A stretch of 32,000 nt of DNA from an uncultured Solirubrobacterales bacterium (GCA_963730315.1 CAVSRD010000019.1:170160-202159), one strand, 5' to 3'; counted from the first letter of the stretch, positions 21,324 through 30,079 are shown. Notes: generated by a model from the sequence alone, not told the origin. Numbers and translations: made by a program.

Positions 21324-22523
21324 ATGGCGGAGGCGTTCGTGGTCGACGCGGTACGCACCCCGATGGGCGCCTATCGGGGGGCGCTGGCGGGCGTGCGCCC
21401 CGACGACCTCGCCGCGCACGTGGTCGGCGCCACGGTCAGCCGGACCGGGGTCGACCCGGAAAGGCTCGCCGACGTCTACTTCGGCGCTGCCAACCAGGCG
21501 GGCGAGGACAACCGCGACGTGGCGCGGATGGCCGCCCTGCTCGCCGGACTGCCGCAGAGCGTTCCGGGCGCCACCGTCAACCGGCTCTGCGCCTCCGGGC
21601 TGGAGGCGGTCAACGTCGCGGCCCGGGCGGTCAAGCTGGACGAGGGCGACTTCTACCTGGCGGGCGGCGTGGAGTCGATGAGCCGCGCGCCCTGGGTGCT
21701 GCCGAAGCCCGAGCGCGGCTTCCCCCGCGGCGATGGGACGCTGCACGACACGACGCTCGGCTGGCGCCTCGTCAACGCGCGGATGGGCGAGCTGGGAGTC
21801 TCGACCGAGTCGATGGGCGAGACCGGCGAGAACGTCGCCGAGCGCTACGGGATCGGCCGCGAGGCGCAGGACGCCTACGCGCTGCGCAGCCACAGGCGCG
21901 CCGTCGAGGCGACGGCGAGCGGGCGCTTCGCCGAGGAGATCGTCCCGATCGAGGCCCGCCGCGATCGTGAGACGGCGACCGTCGAGGCGGACGAGGGGCC
22001 GCGACCGGACACCTCGCTGGAGGCGATGTCGAGGCTGCGCCCCGTCTTCCGCGAGGGCGGCACGGTCACCGCCGGCAACGCCTCGACCCTCAACGACGGC
22101 GCCGCCTGCACCCTGGTCGCCTCCGAGGCCGGGGTCGAGGCGCTCGGCGCCGAGCCGCTGGCCCGGGTCGTCTCCTTCGGCGTCGCGGGGGTCGACCCCG
22201 CGTACATGGGAATCGGCCCGGCGCTGGCCGTGCCGCGGGCCCTCGCGGCCGCCGGCCTCGGCATCGAGGAGATCGACCTGATCGAGCTGAACGAGGCCTT
22301 CGCCTCGCAGGTGCTGGCCTGCGCCGGCGAGCTGGGGCTTGACGAGGAGCGCCTCAACGTGAACGGCGGCGCGATCGCCCTCGGCCACCCGCTGGGCTGC
22401 TCCGGCGCCCGCCTCGTCACCACCCTGCTGCACGAACTGCGCCGCCGCGGCGGCCGATACGGCCTCGCCACCCTCTGCGTCGGGGTCGGCCAGGGTTTGG
22501 CGACCGTTTTCGAGGCCGTGTAG
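21324..22523 (+). CDS. acetyl-CoA C-acyltransferase (thiolase)
   Basis: Internal ATG at 21324 of track ORF 21210..22523 gives 399 aa. MAEAFVVDAVRTPMG..., the active-site motif VNRLCASGLEA, and C-terminal NVNGGAIALGHPLGCSGARL...LCVGVGQG. Confidence 0.93.
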   Translation: MAEAFVVDAVRTPMGAYRGALAGVRPDDLAAHVVGATVSRTGVDPERLADVYFGAANQAGEDNRDVARMAALLAGLPQSVPGATVNRLCASGLEAVNVAARAVKLDEGDFYLAGGVESMSRAPWVLPKPERGFPRGDGTLHDTTLGWRLVNARMGELGVSTESMGETGENVAERYGIGREAQDAYALRSHRRAVEATASGRFAEEIVPIEARRDRETATVEADEGPRPDTSLEAMSRLRPVFREGGTVTAGNASTLNDGAACTLVASEAGVEALGAEPLARVVSFGVAGVDPAYMGIGPALAVPRALAAAGLGIEEIDLIELNEAFASQVLACAGELGLDEERLNVNGGAIALGHPLGCSGARLVTTLLHELRRRGGRYGLATLCVGVGQGLATVFEAV

Positions 22524-22535
22524 CCTCGCCCGGCG

Positions 22536-23330
22536 ATGGCGACCGCGACCGCAACCGAACTGGCGAGCGTCGACGGGGCGATCTCCCGCACCGCAGCGGC
22601 GACCGTGCCGCTTCATGACGACGGCCTCTACCGGGGCGACGGCGCCTTCGAGGTGATTCGCGTCTACGACGGCCGGCCCTTCGCGCTCGCCGACCACCTC
22701 GACCGGCTGCAGCGCTCCGCGGCGGCGATCCAACTCGAGTTCGACCGCGGCGCCTTGGAGGGCGAGATCGCCTCGCTGCTCGCCGAGGCCGGCGGGTTCG
22801 ATGGCCAGCTACGGCTGATTGTCACCCGCGGCGGCCGGCGCATCGCGGCGACCGAGCCGCTGCCCCCCCACGCCGAGACGCTGCGCATCGCGACCGTCGC
22901 CTACAGCCCCAACGTGATCCTCGACGGCGTCAAGTCGCTCTCCTATGCCGCCAACATGCAGGCAACCCGCCTCGCCCGATCGCAGGGCGCCGACGAGGCG
23001 GTGCTGGTGCGACCCGACGGCGCGGTGTTGGAGCCCCCCACCGCGGCGGTCTTCTGGGTCTCCCCGGAGGGCGGGCTGCGCACTCCGGCGCTCGACGTCG
23101 GCGTGCTCGAGTCGATCACCCGCGACCGGCTGGTCAAGGCGCTGCACGTCGAAGAAGGGGCCTGGCAGGTCGCCGACCTGCGCGCCGCCCACGAGGCCTT
23201 CCTCGCCTCGACCACGCGCGAAATCCAGGCCGTCGCAGCGATCGACGGGCGCGAGCTGCCCGAGGCGCCCGGCCCGCGCACCCGCGAGGCGCAGGAGGCC
23301 TTCGCCGCGACCCTGGGCCGCGAGCTCTGA
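22536..23330 (+). CDS. class IV (fold type IV) aminotransferase, PabC / D-amino-acid / branched-chain aminotransferase-like
   Basis: Track ORF, 264 aa. GLYRGDGAFEVIRVYDGRPFALADHLDRLQRSAAAI...RLIVTRGG...K...Y......A...GADEA.L...G.V.E......F.V....L.TP.....LESITR is typical of the family. Substrate class cannot be told from sequence by eye. Confidence 0.8.
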   Translation: MATATATELASVDGAISRTAAATVPLHDDGLYRGDGAFEVIRVYDGRPFALADHLDRLQRSAAAIQLEFDRGALEGEIASLLAEAGGFDGQLRLIVTRGGRRIAATEPLPPHAETLRIATVAYSPNVILDGVKSLSYAANMQATRLARSQGADEAVLVRPDGAVLEPPTAAVFWVSPEGGLRTPALDVGVLESITRDRLVKALHVEEGAWQVADLRAAHEAFLASTTREIQAVAAIDGRELPEAPGPRTREAQEAFAATLGREL

Positions 23331-23362
23331 GCTCCGATGACGACCGAGGGGGACGCACAGAG

Positions 23363-24532
23363 ATGGACTTCCAGCTGAGCGACGAGCAGCGGCTGATCTC
23401 GGAAGCGGCACGCGACTTCGCCGACCGCGAGATCGTCCCGCGGGTGCGCGACAACGACCGCGCCGCCCGCTTCGATCGCGAGCTGGCGCGCAAGCTGGGC
23501 GAGGTGGGCTACCTGGGGGCGCCGGTCGCCGAGCGCTACGGCGGCCGCGGCCTCGACTACATCGGCTACGGGCTGATCGTCGAGCAGGTCGGCCGCGCCG
23601 ACTCCTCGGCGCGCACCGTCGTCTCCGTGCAGACCTCGCTGGTCGCCGGCTCGATCGAGCGCTGGGGCAGCGAGGAGCAGAAGCAGCGCTGGCTGCCCCG
23701 CCTCTGCTCGGGCGAGGCGCTCGGCTGCTTCGGCCTGACCGAGCCCGACACCGGCTCGGACGCCGCCAACCTGCGCACCCGCGCAATCAAGACCGGCTCC
23801 GGCTGGTCGATCAGCGGCCAGAAGATGTGGATCTCGCTCGGCAACTACTCCGAGGTGGCGCTGATCTTCGCCCAGACCGACCCCGAGCGCAAGCACCGGG
23901 GACTTGCCTGCTTCCTCGTCCCGACCGACAGTGACAGCTTCTCCACGCAGGAGATCCACGGCAAGCTCGGGCTGCGCTCCTCCGACACGGCCGAGCTGTC
24001 GCTCGACGAGGTCGAGGTCGGCGACGACGCGATGCTGGGGGAGGTCGGGGACGGATTCAAGGTGGCGATGAGCGCCCTCGACAACGGCCGCTACAGCGTC
24101 GCCGCCGGCTGCGTGGGGATCTGCGACGGTTGTGTGGACGCCTCGGTCGCCTACGCCAGGGAGCGCAAGCAGTTCGGCGTCCCGCTCGCCCGCTTCCAGC
24201 TGGTCCAGGAGATGATCGCCGAGATGATCCTCAAACGCGACGCCTCGCGGATGCTCGTCTACAGGGCAGGGGCGCTGAAGGACGAGGGCAAGCCGAACAC
24301 GACCGAGACTTCGGTGGCGAAGCTGTACGCGACCGAGGCGGCGGTCGAGTGCGCCAACCTGGCGATCCAGGTCCACGGCGGCGCCGGCTACGTCGACGAC
24401 TACCCGGTCGAGCGCTACCTGCGCGACGCCCGCGTCACCACCCTCTACGAGGGGACCTCGCAGATCCAGAAGCTGATCATCGGCCGCGCCGCGACCGGGA
24501 TCAACGCGATGGTGCCGCTGGAGGCGGAATAG
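23363..24532 (+). CDS. acyl-CoA dehydrogenase
   Basis: Track ORF, 389 aa. MDFQLSDEQ...FGLTEPDTGSDA...G.KMWISLG...GGAGY..DYPVERYLRDARV..LYEGTSQIQ.LII are the canonical ACAD motifs. Confidence 0.93.
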   Translation: MDFQLSDEQRLISEAARDFADREIVPRVRDNDRAARFDRELARKLGEVGYLGAPVAERYGGRGLDYIGYGLIVEQVGRADSSARTVVSVQTSLVAGSIERWGSEEQKQRWLPRLCSGEALGCFGLTEPDTGSDAANLRTRAIKTGSGWSISGQKMWISLGNYSEVALIFAQTDPERKHRGLACFLVPTDSDSFSTQEIHGKLGLRSSDTAELSLDEVEVGDDAMLGEVGDGFKVAMSALDNGRYSVAAGCVGICDGCVDASVAYARERKQFGVPLARFQLVQEMIAEMILKRDASRMLVYRAGALKDEGKPNTTETSVAKLYATEAAVECANLAIQVHGGAGYVDDYPVERYLRDARVTTLYEGTSQIQKLIIGRAATGINAMVPLEAE

Positions 24533-24536
24533 CCCC

Positions 24537-25310
24537 GTGGCCGAGCTTGTCGAGACGACGCTCGACGAGCACAAGGTCGCCCTTCTGCGGCTGAACCGGC
24601 CGGAGGCGCGCAACGCCCTCTCGCCGGAGGCGATGGAGCTGCTTGCCTCCGAGCTGGAGCGCCTGGACCCCGACCCCGAGGTGCGCTGCATCGTGATCGC
24701 CGGCTCCGAGCGGGTCTTCGCCTCCGGCGCCGACATCAAGGCGATGAGCGAGCGCAGCTTCGCCGAGACGCTGCGCCACCCAGCTGCCTCCTTCTGGCGC
24801 CGCGTCGCCGCGGTGAAGACGCCCCTGGTCGCGGCCGTCTCCGGCTACGCTCTGGGCGGCGGTTGCGAGCTGGCGCTGGCCTGCGACATGGTCGTCGCCT
24901 CGGAGACCGCCAGATTCGGCCAGCCGGAGATCACCCTGGGGATCATCCCGGGCGGCGGCGGTACCCAGCGGCTGGCCCGGACGATCGGCAAGCAGCGGGC
25001 GATGGAGTACGTGCTGACCGGCCGCCGCTTCGACGCCGACACGGCACTGCGGCTCGGCCTGGTCAACAGGGTCGTGGAGAAGGACCGTTGGCTGACCGAG
25101 GCGCTCGAGCTGGCGCACAGCGTCGCCGCGCGGCCGCCGATCGCCGCGCGGCTCGCCAAGCAGGCGGTGCTGAGCGCCGAGGAGACCGCGCTGTCGGCCG
25201 GCCTGGAGGGCGAGCGCCGCCTCTACGAGCTGGCGATGGCAAGCGAGGACCGGGTCGAGGGAATGCGCGCCTTCCTCGAGAAGCGCGAGCCGAGGTTCGA
25301 GGGTCGGTGA
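24537..25310 (+). CDS. enoyl-CoA hydratase (crotonase family)
   Basis: Track ORF, 257 aa, with a GTG start 4 nt after the ACAD stop. LNRPEARNAL...FASGADIK...VSGYALGGGCELALACDMVVASETARFGQPEI.LGIIPG.GGTQRL. Confidence 0.92.
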   Translation: MAELVETTLDEHKVALLRLNRPEARNALSPEAMELLASELERLDPDPEVRCIVIAGSERVFASGADIKAMSERSFAETLRHPAASFWRRVAAVKTPLVAAVSGYALGGGCELALACDMVVASETARFGQPEITLGIIPGGGGTQRLARTIGKQRAMEYVLTGRRFDADTALRLGLVNRVVEKDRWLTEALELAHSVAARPPIAARLAKQAVLSAEETALSAGLEGERRLYELAMASEDRVEGMRAFLEKREPRFEGR

Positions 25311-26530
25311 GCGCGGAGCCGGGAACGGGCGTGACCGCGGTCGAGAAGATCGGGATCGTCGGCGCCGGCACGATGGGGACCGGCATCGCGCTGGCGAGCT
25401 GCCTCGGCGGCTTCGCCACCCTGATCCACGACCCCGACCAGGGAGCCCTGATCGAAGCCCAGGTGACGGTTGGCGAAACCCTTGCCGAAGGCGGCGGCAG
25501 GCACTGGGACTCCGAGATGGCCGAAGCGGCTGCCGAGCGGCTGGCGCCGGCCGAGGGGATCGCCGACCTCGGCGACTGCGACCTGGTGATCGAGGCGGCG
25601 CCCGAGGACCTGTCGCTGAAGCGCCAGATCTTCTCCGAGCTGGCTGCCGCCTGCCGGCCGGAGGCGATCCTCGCCACCAACACCTCCTCGCTGCGCGTCA
25701 CCGAGATCGGCGCCGGCGTCGCCCATCCGGAGCGGATCGTCGGCATGCACTTCTTCAACCCGCCGGTGAGGATGAAGCTGGTCGAGGTGGTCGCCACCGA
25801 GCTGTCCTCGGAGGCCGCGCTCGGGGCGGCGGCGGAGACGGCGGAGCGGATGGGCCGCATGCCGATCCGCGCCAAGGACGGCCCCGGCTTCCTCGCCAAC
25901 CGCCTCGCTCGCCCCTTCTCGCTGGAGTCGCTGCGGATGCTCGCCGACGAGGTCGCCGACGCGGTGACGATCGACCGGGTCTGCCGGATCGGCGGCGGCT
26001 TTCGGATGGGGCCGTTCGAGCTGCTCGACCTGATCGGCCTCGACGTCAACCTCAGCGTCGCACGCTCCCTCTACGAGCAGGCGGGCCGGCCGGAGCGCTG
26101 GCGCCCGAGCCCGATCCAGGAACGAATGGTCGCCGCGGGGCGGCTGGGCCGCAAGAGCGGCTCGGGCTTCTACAGCTACGAGGAGGACGGCTACCGTGCG
26201 CCGGACCCGGAGCTGGGCGTCATGGCGCCGACCCTGAACGCCGAGGAGCTGCGCGACGTCGACCCGGCGGCAGCCGAGATCCTCCTGCGCCTGGTCGCCC
26301 AGATAGCCAACGAGGGGGCGTTCGCGCTCGAAGAGGAGATCGGCACGCCCACCGGCATCAACGCGGCGATGAGGCAGGGCTTCAACTGGCCGCTCGGCCC
26401 GCTCGAGTTCACAGGCCTGATCGGTGCGCGGCGGGCGGTCAACCTGCTCGAGGAGCTGCACGGGCGGCTCGGCGAGGCCTACGCCCCGGCCCCGCGGCTG
26501 CTCGCCGCAGCCGAGGAGGAAGGCGCGTGA
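25307..26530 (+). CDS. 3-hydroxyacyl-CoA dehydrogenase (NAD-binding plus duplicated C-terminal domains)
   Basis: Frame of track ORF 24863..26530. The GTG at 25307 overlaps the crotonase stop (GTGA). IGIVGAGTMGTGIA..., ...ATNTSSL.VTEI......PER.VGMHFFNPP..M.LVEVV, ...GPGF..NR... (3HCDH_N/3HCDH_C). Confidence 0.88.
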   Translation: MSAEPGTGVTAVEKIGIVGAGTMGTGIALASCLGGFATLIHDPDQGALIEAQVTVGETLAEGGGRHWDSEMAEAAAERLAPAEGIADLGDCDLVIEAAPEDLSLKRQIFSELAAACRPEAILATNTSSLRVTEIGAGVAHPERIVGMHFFNPPVRMKLVEVVATELSSEAALGAAAETAERMGRMPIRAKDGPGFLANRLARPFSLESLRMLADEVADAVTIDRVCRIGGGFRMGPFELLDLIGLDVNLSVARSLYEQAGRPERWRPSPIQERMVAAGRLGRKSGSGFYSYEEDGYRAPDPELGVMAPTLNAEELRDVDPAAAEILLRLVAQIANEGAFALEEEIGTPTGINAAMRQGFNWPLGPLEFTGLIGARRAVNLLEELHGRLGEAYAPAPRLLAAAEEEGA

Positions 26531-28422
26531 ACGCGAACCGCAAGCCGGCCACCGCGCACACCGCGAGGCGCAATCGCGAGGCGCTCGACTCGCTCCCCCC
26601 GAACGCCGAGCGCGACTTCGAGGAGGCACGCCGCGGCCTGGTCGCCGCCTTCGAGCCGCCGCTCGTCGAGGGCGAGGGAAGGCACCCGACCTGGGACCTC
26701 CGCCCCTACGGGTTCCTCGACGGCGAGCCGCCCGATACCGCCCACCCGGGCCTCTGGCGGCTCGGCCAGCTGAACCGGATCGCCGGGCTGTTCGAGCTGG
26801 CGCCGGGCCTCTACCAGCTGCGCGGCTTCGACATCTCGAACATGCACGTGATCGAGGGCCAGCGGGGAATCGTCGTCGTCGACCCGCTGATCAGCGCCGA
26901 GTGCGCGGCGGCGGCGCTCGCCCTCTACCGCGAGCACCGCGGCAAGCGACCGGTCACCGGCCTGATCTACACCCACAGCCACGTCGACCACTTCGGCGGC
27001 GCGAGGGGCGTGATCGCGCCCGAGGAGGCGGAGGAGCGAGGTGTGCCGATCCTCGCTCCGGGCGGCTTCCTCCACCACGCGGTCAGCGAGAACGTCTTCG
27101 CCGGGATCGCGATGGGGCGGCGGGCCGGGTACATGTTCGGGGCGCGGCTGCGGCGCGGGCCCGATGGGCAGCTCAGCGCGGGACTCGGGCAGACGAACTC
27201 GGTCGGCACGATCTCGCTTCTCCCCCCGACGCGGGAGATCGCCTCGACCGGCCAGGAAGAGGAGGTCGACGGCGTGCGCTTCGGCTTCCAGCTCACCCCC
27301 GGCACCGAGGCGCCGGCCGAGATGAACTTCCACCTGCCCGAGCGGGAAGCCCTCTGCATTGCCGATAACGCGGTGCGCTCGATGCACAACATCCTCACCC
27401 CGCGCGGCGCGCTGGTCCGCGACCCTCGCCTCTGGGCGCATTACCTCGACGAGGCGATCGAGCTGTTCGGCGACCGCTCCGAGCTGCTGTTCGCCGGGCA
27501 CAACTGGCCCTGCTGGGGCCGCGAGCGAATCGTCGATCTGCTCGAGAAGCAGCGCGACCTCTACGCCTACCTGCACGACCAGGCCCTGCGCCTGCTCAAC
27601 AAAGGGCACACCGGCAGCGAGATCGCCGAGCAGATCGAGCTGCCGCCTGGCCTGGCCCGCGAGTGGCACTGCCGCGAGTACTACGGCTCGGTCAGCCACA
27701 ACGTGAAGGCGATCTACCAGCGCTATATGGGTTGGTTCGACGGCAACCCGGCGCACCTCTGGGAGCATCCGCCGGTCGAGCGGGCGCGGCGCTACGTCGA
27801 GTGCATGGGCGGTGCCGAGGCGGTGCTGGAGCGGGCGCGCGAGTCCTTCGAGGTGGGCGACTACCGCTGGGTAGCCGAGGTGGTCAACCACGTCGTCTTC
27901 GCCGAGCCGGGGAACCGGGAGGCGCGCGAGCTTCAGGCCGACGCGCTCGAGCAACTCGGCTACGGAGCCGAGAACGCGACCTGGCGCAACTTCTTCCTGA
28001 TGGGGGCCCACGAGCTGCGCGAGGGGATCGGCGCCGCGCCGACCGCGACCGCGCCCGCCGACGTCCTCGCCAACCTCTCGGTCGCTCAGCTGCTCGACGC
28101 GATGGCGATCCGGCTCGACGGCCCGCGCGCCTGGGAGATCGAGCTGCGGATCGACTGGGTCGTCACCGACCCCGACGAGACGCATGCGATCACCGTCCGC
28201 AACGGCGTCCTCCGCCACCGGCCGGGTCGCCATGAGCGAGCCGACGCCGCCCTCGTCGTGCAGCGCGCCGCTCTCAACGAGCTGCTGCTGAAAACGGCCG
28301 AGATCGCCGAGCTGCTCGAGGGCGGTCGCCTGCGGGTCGAGGGCGACGGCGCCAGGCTGGGCGAGCTGCTCGGGCTGCTCGACGAGCCCGACCCCGGCTT
28401 CGCGATCGTCACCCCGGAGTGA
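26527..28422 (+). CDS. alkyl/aryl-sulfatase of the metallo-beta-lactamase fold (SdsA1/Bds1-like), apparently cytoplasmic
   Basis: Track ORF, 631 aa. The GTG at 26527 overlaps the upstream stop (GTGA). It has the MBL motif YTHSHVDHFGG, the central YYGSVSHNVKAIYQRYMGWFDGNPA dimerisation-domain pattern, and a C-terminal SCP2-like tail (...LLEGGRLRVEGD...L). No signal peptide is seen at the N-terminus. Confidence 0.85.
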   Translation: MNANRKPATAHTARRNREALDSLPPNAERDFEEARRGLVAAFEPPLVEGEGRHPTWDLRPYGFLDGEPPDTAHPGLWRLGQLNRIAGLFELAPGLYQLRGFDISNMHVIEGQRGIVVVDPLISAECAAAALALYREHRGKRPVTGLIYTHSHVDHFGGARGVIAPEEAEERGVPILAPGGFLHHAVSENVFAGIAMGRRAGYMFGARLRRGPDGQLSAGLGQTNSVGTISLLPPTREIASTGQEEEVDGVRFGFQLTPGTEAPAEMNFHLPEREALCIADNAVRSMHNILTPRGALVRDPRLWAHYLDEAIELFGDRSELLFAGHNWPCWGRERIVDLLEKQRDLYAYLHDQALRLLNKGHTGSEIAEQIELPPGLAREWHCREYYGSVSHNVKAIYQRYMGWFDGNPAHLWEHPPVERARRYVECMGGAEAVLERARESFEVGDYRWVAEVVNHVVFAEPGNREARELQADALEQLGYGAENATWRNFFLMGAHELREGIGAAPTATAPADVLANLSVAQLLDAMAIRLDGPRAWEIELRIDWVVTDPDETHAITVRNGVLRHRPGRHERADAALVVQRAALNELLLKTAEIAELLEGGRLRVEGDGARLGELLGLLDEPDPGFAIVTPE

Positions 28423-28442
28423 GCCTCAGCCGCGGCTGAGGC
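28423..28442. terminator. 20-nt perfect palindrome at a convergent gene junction (candidate bidirectional terminator)
   Basis: GCCTCAGCCG|CGGCTGAGGC starts 1 nt after the sulfatase TGA (28420-28422). It contains the zf-UBP stop (28428-28426) and its last codons. Confidence 0.4.
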
Positions 28443-28614
28443 GGAAGATCACCTCGTCGACATAGCACCAGCTCCAGTTCTCGCCGGGCTCGGCGGAGCG
28501 AGCGATCGGGTGGCCGGACTCGCGATGATGCGCGCTGGCGTGCTTGCCGGGCGACTGGTCGCAGCAGCCGATGTGGCCGCAGCTCTGGCACATCCGCAGG
28601 TGGACCCAAGGCAT
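28426..28614 (-). CDS. UBP-type zinc-finger protein (minimum extent from first ATG; the homologous frame continues to 28713 without a canonical start)
   Basis: Track ORF, 62 aa. MPWVHLRMCQSCGHIGCCDQSPGKHASAHHRESGHPIARSAEPGENWSWCYVDE is the zf-UBP core. The in-frame upstream codons read GRRTAPACPHIVEIEYFDLPAEVAGCEECLALG. These carry the family's N-terminal C.H and C..C ligands. Confidence 0.75.
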   Translation of the reverse strand: MPWVHLRMCQSCGHIGCCDQSPGKHASAHHRESGHPIARSAEPGENWSWCYVDEVIFRLSRG

Positions 28615-28720
28615 CCCGAGGGCGAGGCACTCCTCGCAGCCCGCGACCTCGGCCGGCAGGTCGAAGTACTCGATCTCGACGATGTGGGGGCAGGCGGGAG
28701 CCGTCCGCCGACCTTAGCGC

Positions 28721-28749
28721 TTGACGTATGCCCTGCCTGGGTGTAAACC
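28721..28749 (+). promoter_or_regulatory. sigma70-type promoter candidate for the DUF1059 gene
   Basis: TTGACG (28721-28726), a 17-nt spacer, then TAAACC (28744-28749), about 48 nt upstream of ATG 28797. This is a pattern match only. Confidence 0.3.
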
Positions 28750-28796
28750 GGACGGACCCGCGGGTTCCCTCCCGCACCTACGACTGGAGGTTCAAG

Positions 28797-29021
28797 ATGG
28801 CCCGAGTGATGGCCGACTGCCGCCGCTTCGAGAGCGACATCAACTGTTCGCTGACGATCATCGGCGAAGAGGACGAGGTGATAGCGGCCGCCGCCGAGCA
28901 CGCCGTATCCGCGCACGGGCACGAGGACACGCCGGAGCTGCGCCAGCAGGTCCGCGAGATGCTCGAGCCCGAGTCCGGCTACGTGCAGGGAGAGCGGCAG
29001 GCGGAGGCGTTTCCCGGTTAG
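28797..29021 (+). CDS. DUF1059-family small metal-binding protein (74 aa)
   Basis: This is the M24 start of track ORF 28728..29021, preceded by GGAGGttcaag. MARVMADCRRFESDINCSLTIIGEEDEVIAAAAEHAVSAHGHEDTPELRQQVREML matches the DUF1059 pattern (C...dC.f.i.g..eeEv......H....HG). Confidence 0.75.
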   Translation: MARVMADCRRFESDINCSLTIIGEEDEVIAAAAEHAVSAHGHEDTPELRQQVREMLEPESGYVQGERQAEAFPG

Positions 29022-29068
29022 CGCCGCCGGCCGGCCCCGGCGTCCGCTCCGGGCGGAGGTGGATTGCG

Positions 29069-30079
29069 CTAGGAGCCCGGCGCCGGGGCTATCTCGGTCG
29101 GCTCGCCGCCGGGCATCCAGTGGGCCTCGGCCATCGGCGGGGTGTCGCGTAGGTACCACTCGGCGTCGAGCGCGCCCATGCAGCCGGTGCCGGCGGCGGT
29201 GACCGCCTGGCGGTAGGTGCGGTCGACGACGTCGCCGACCGCGAAGACGCCGCCCAGGTTGGTCCTGGTCGAGCCGGCCTCGGTGAGGATGTAGCCGTCC
29301 TCGTCGGTGTCGACCTGACCGTCGGCGATCTCCGATCTGGGGATGTGGCCGATCGCGACGAAGGCGCCTTCGGTCCGGAGGTCCTCGGTCTCGCCGCTCT
29401 CCACGTTGCGCAGCCGCACGTGGTCGAGGTTGCCGTCCTCGCCGCCGACGAACTCCTCGGCCACGAAGGGCGTCTTGAAGTCGATGTTGGGGCGCTCGGC
29501 GGCGCGCTCCCGCATGATCTGCGAGGCACGGAACTCGGAGCGGCGGTTGACGATCGTCAGCTCGCTGGCGTACTTGGAGACGAAGATCGCGTCCTCCATC
29601 GCCGAGTCGCCGCCGCCGATCACGATCACTTTTTTGTCCTTGAAGAAGGCGCCGTCGCAGACGCCGCAGGTGGAGACCCCGCAGCCGCTCAGCTCCAGCT
29701 CGCCCGGTACGCCCAGCCGTCGCGGCTCGGCCCCCATAGCCAGGATCACCGTCCTGGCGCGGTGCTCCTCATCGCCGAGAAAGACCCGCTGCACCCCGCC
29801 GTCGCTCAGCTCGACCCGGTCGACGTCGTCGGTGACGAAGCGCGTCCCGAAGCGCTCCGCCTGGGCTCGAAACTCGCTCATCATCTCCGGCCCCATGATT
29901 CCCTCGGGGTAGCCGGGGTAGTTCTCGACGTCGGTCGTGTTCTGCAGCTGGCCGCCCCACTGAAAGCCCTCGAAGACGAGCGGCTCGAGGTTGGCGCGCG
30001 CCGTGTAGAGCGCCGCGGTGTAGCCGGCCGGGCCGCTCCCGACCACGATCACGTTCTCGACTCTTCTCTTCTCTGCCAT
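29069..30079 (-). CDS. trxB: thioredoxin-disulfide reductase
   Basis: Track ORF, 336 aa. VIVVGSGPAGYTAALYTARANL (FAD), the redox-active CGVCDGAFF motif, VIGGGDSAMEDA (NADPH), and GVFAVGDV.D..YRQAVTAAG.GCMGALDAE.YL. Confidence 0.93.
   Translation of the reverse strand: MAEKRRVENVIVVGSGPAGYTAALYTARANLEPLVFEGFQWGGQLQNTTDVENYPGYPEGIMGPEMMSEFRAQAERFGTRFVTDDVDRVELSDGGVQRVFLGDEEHRARTVILAMGAEPRRLGVPGELELSGCGVSTCGVCDGAFFKDKKVIVIGGGDSAMEDAIFVSKYASELTIVNRRSEFRASQIMRERAAERPNIDFKTPFVAEEFVGGEDGNLDHVRLRNVESGETEDLRTEGAFVAIGHIPRSEIADGQVDTDEDGYILTEAGSTRTNLGGVFAVGDVVDRTYRQAVTAAGTGCMGALDAEWYLRDTPPMAEAHWMPGGEPTEIAPAPGS

Noticed and set aside
21312-28233. Long minus-strand ORFs antisense to the beta-oxidation/sulfatase operon (21312..22733, 22943..24739, 25223..26629, 26479..28233, 22809..23786).
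   Set aside because: Each overlaps a plus-strand gene with canonical enzyme motifs. Their sequences are Arg/Gly/Asp/Pro-rich with no recognisable domain. They are GC-driven artefacts.
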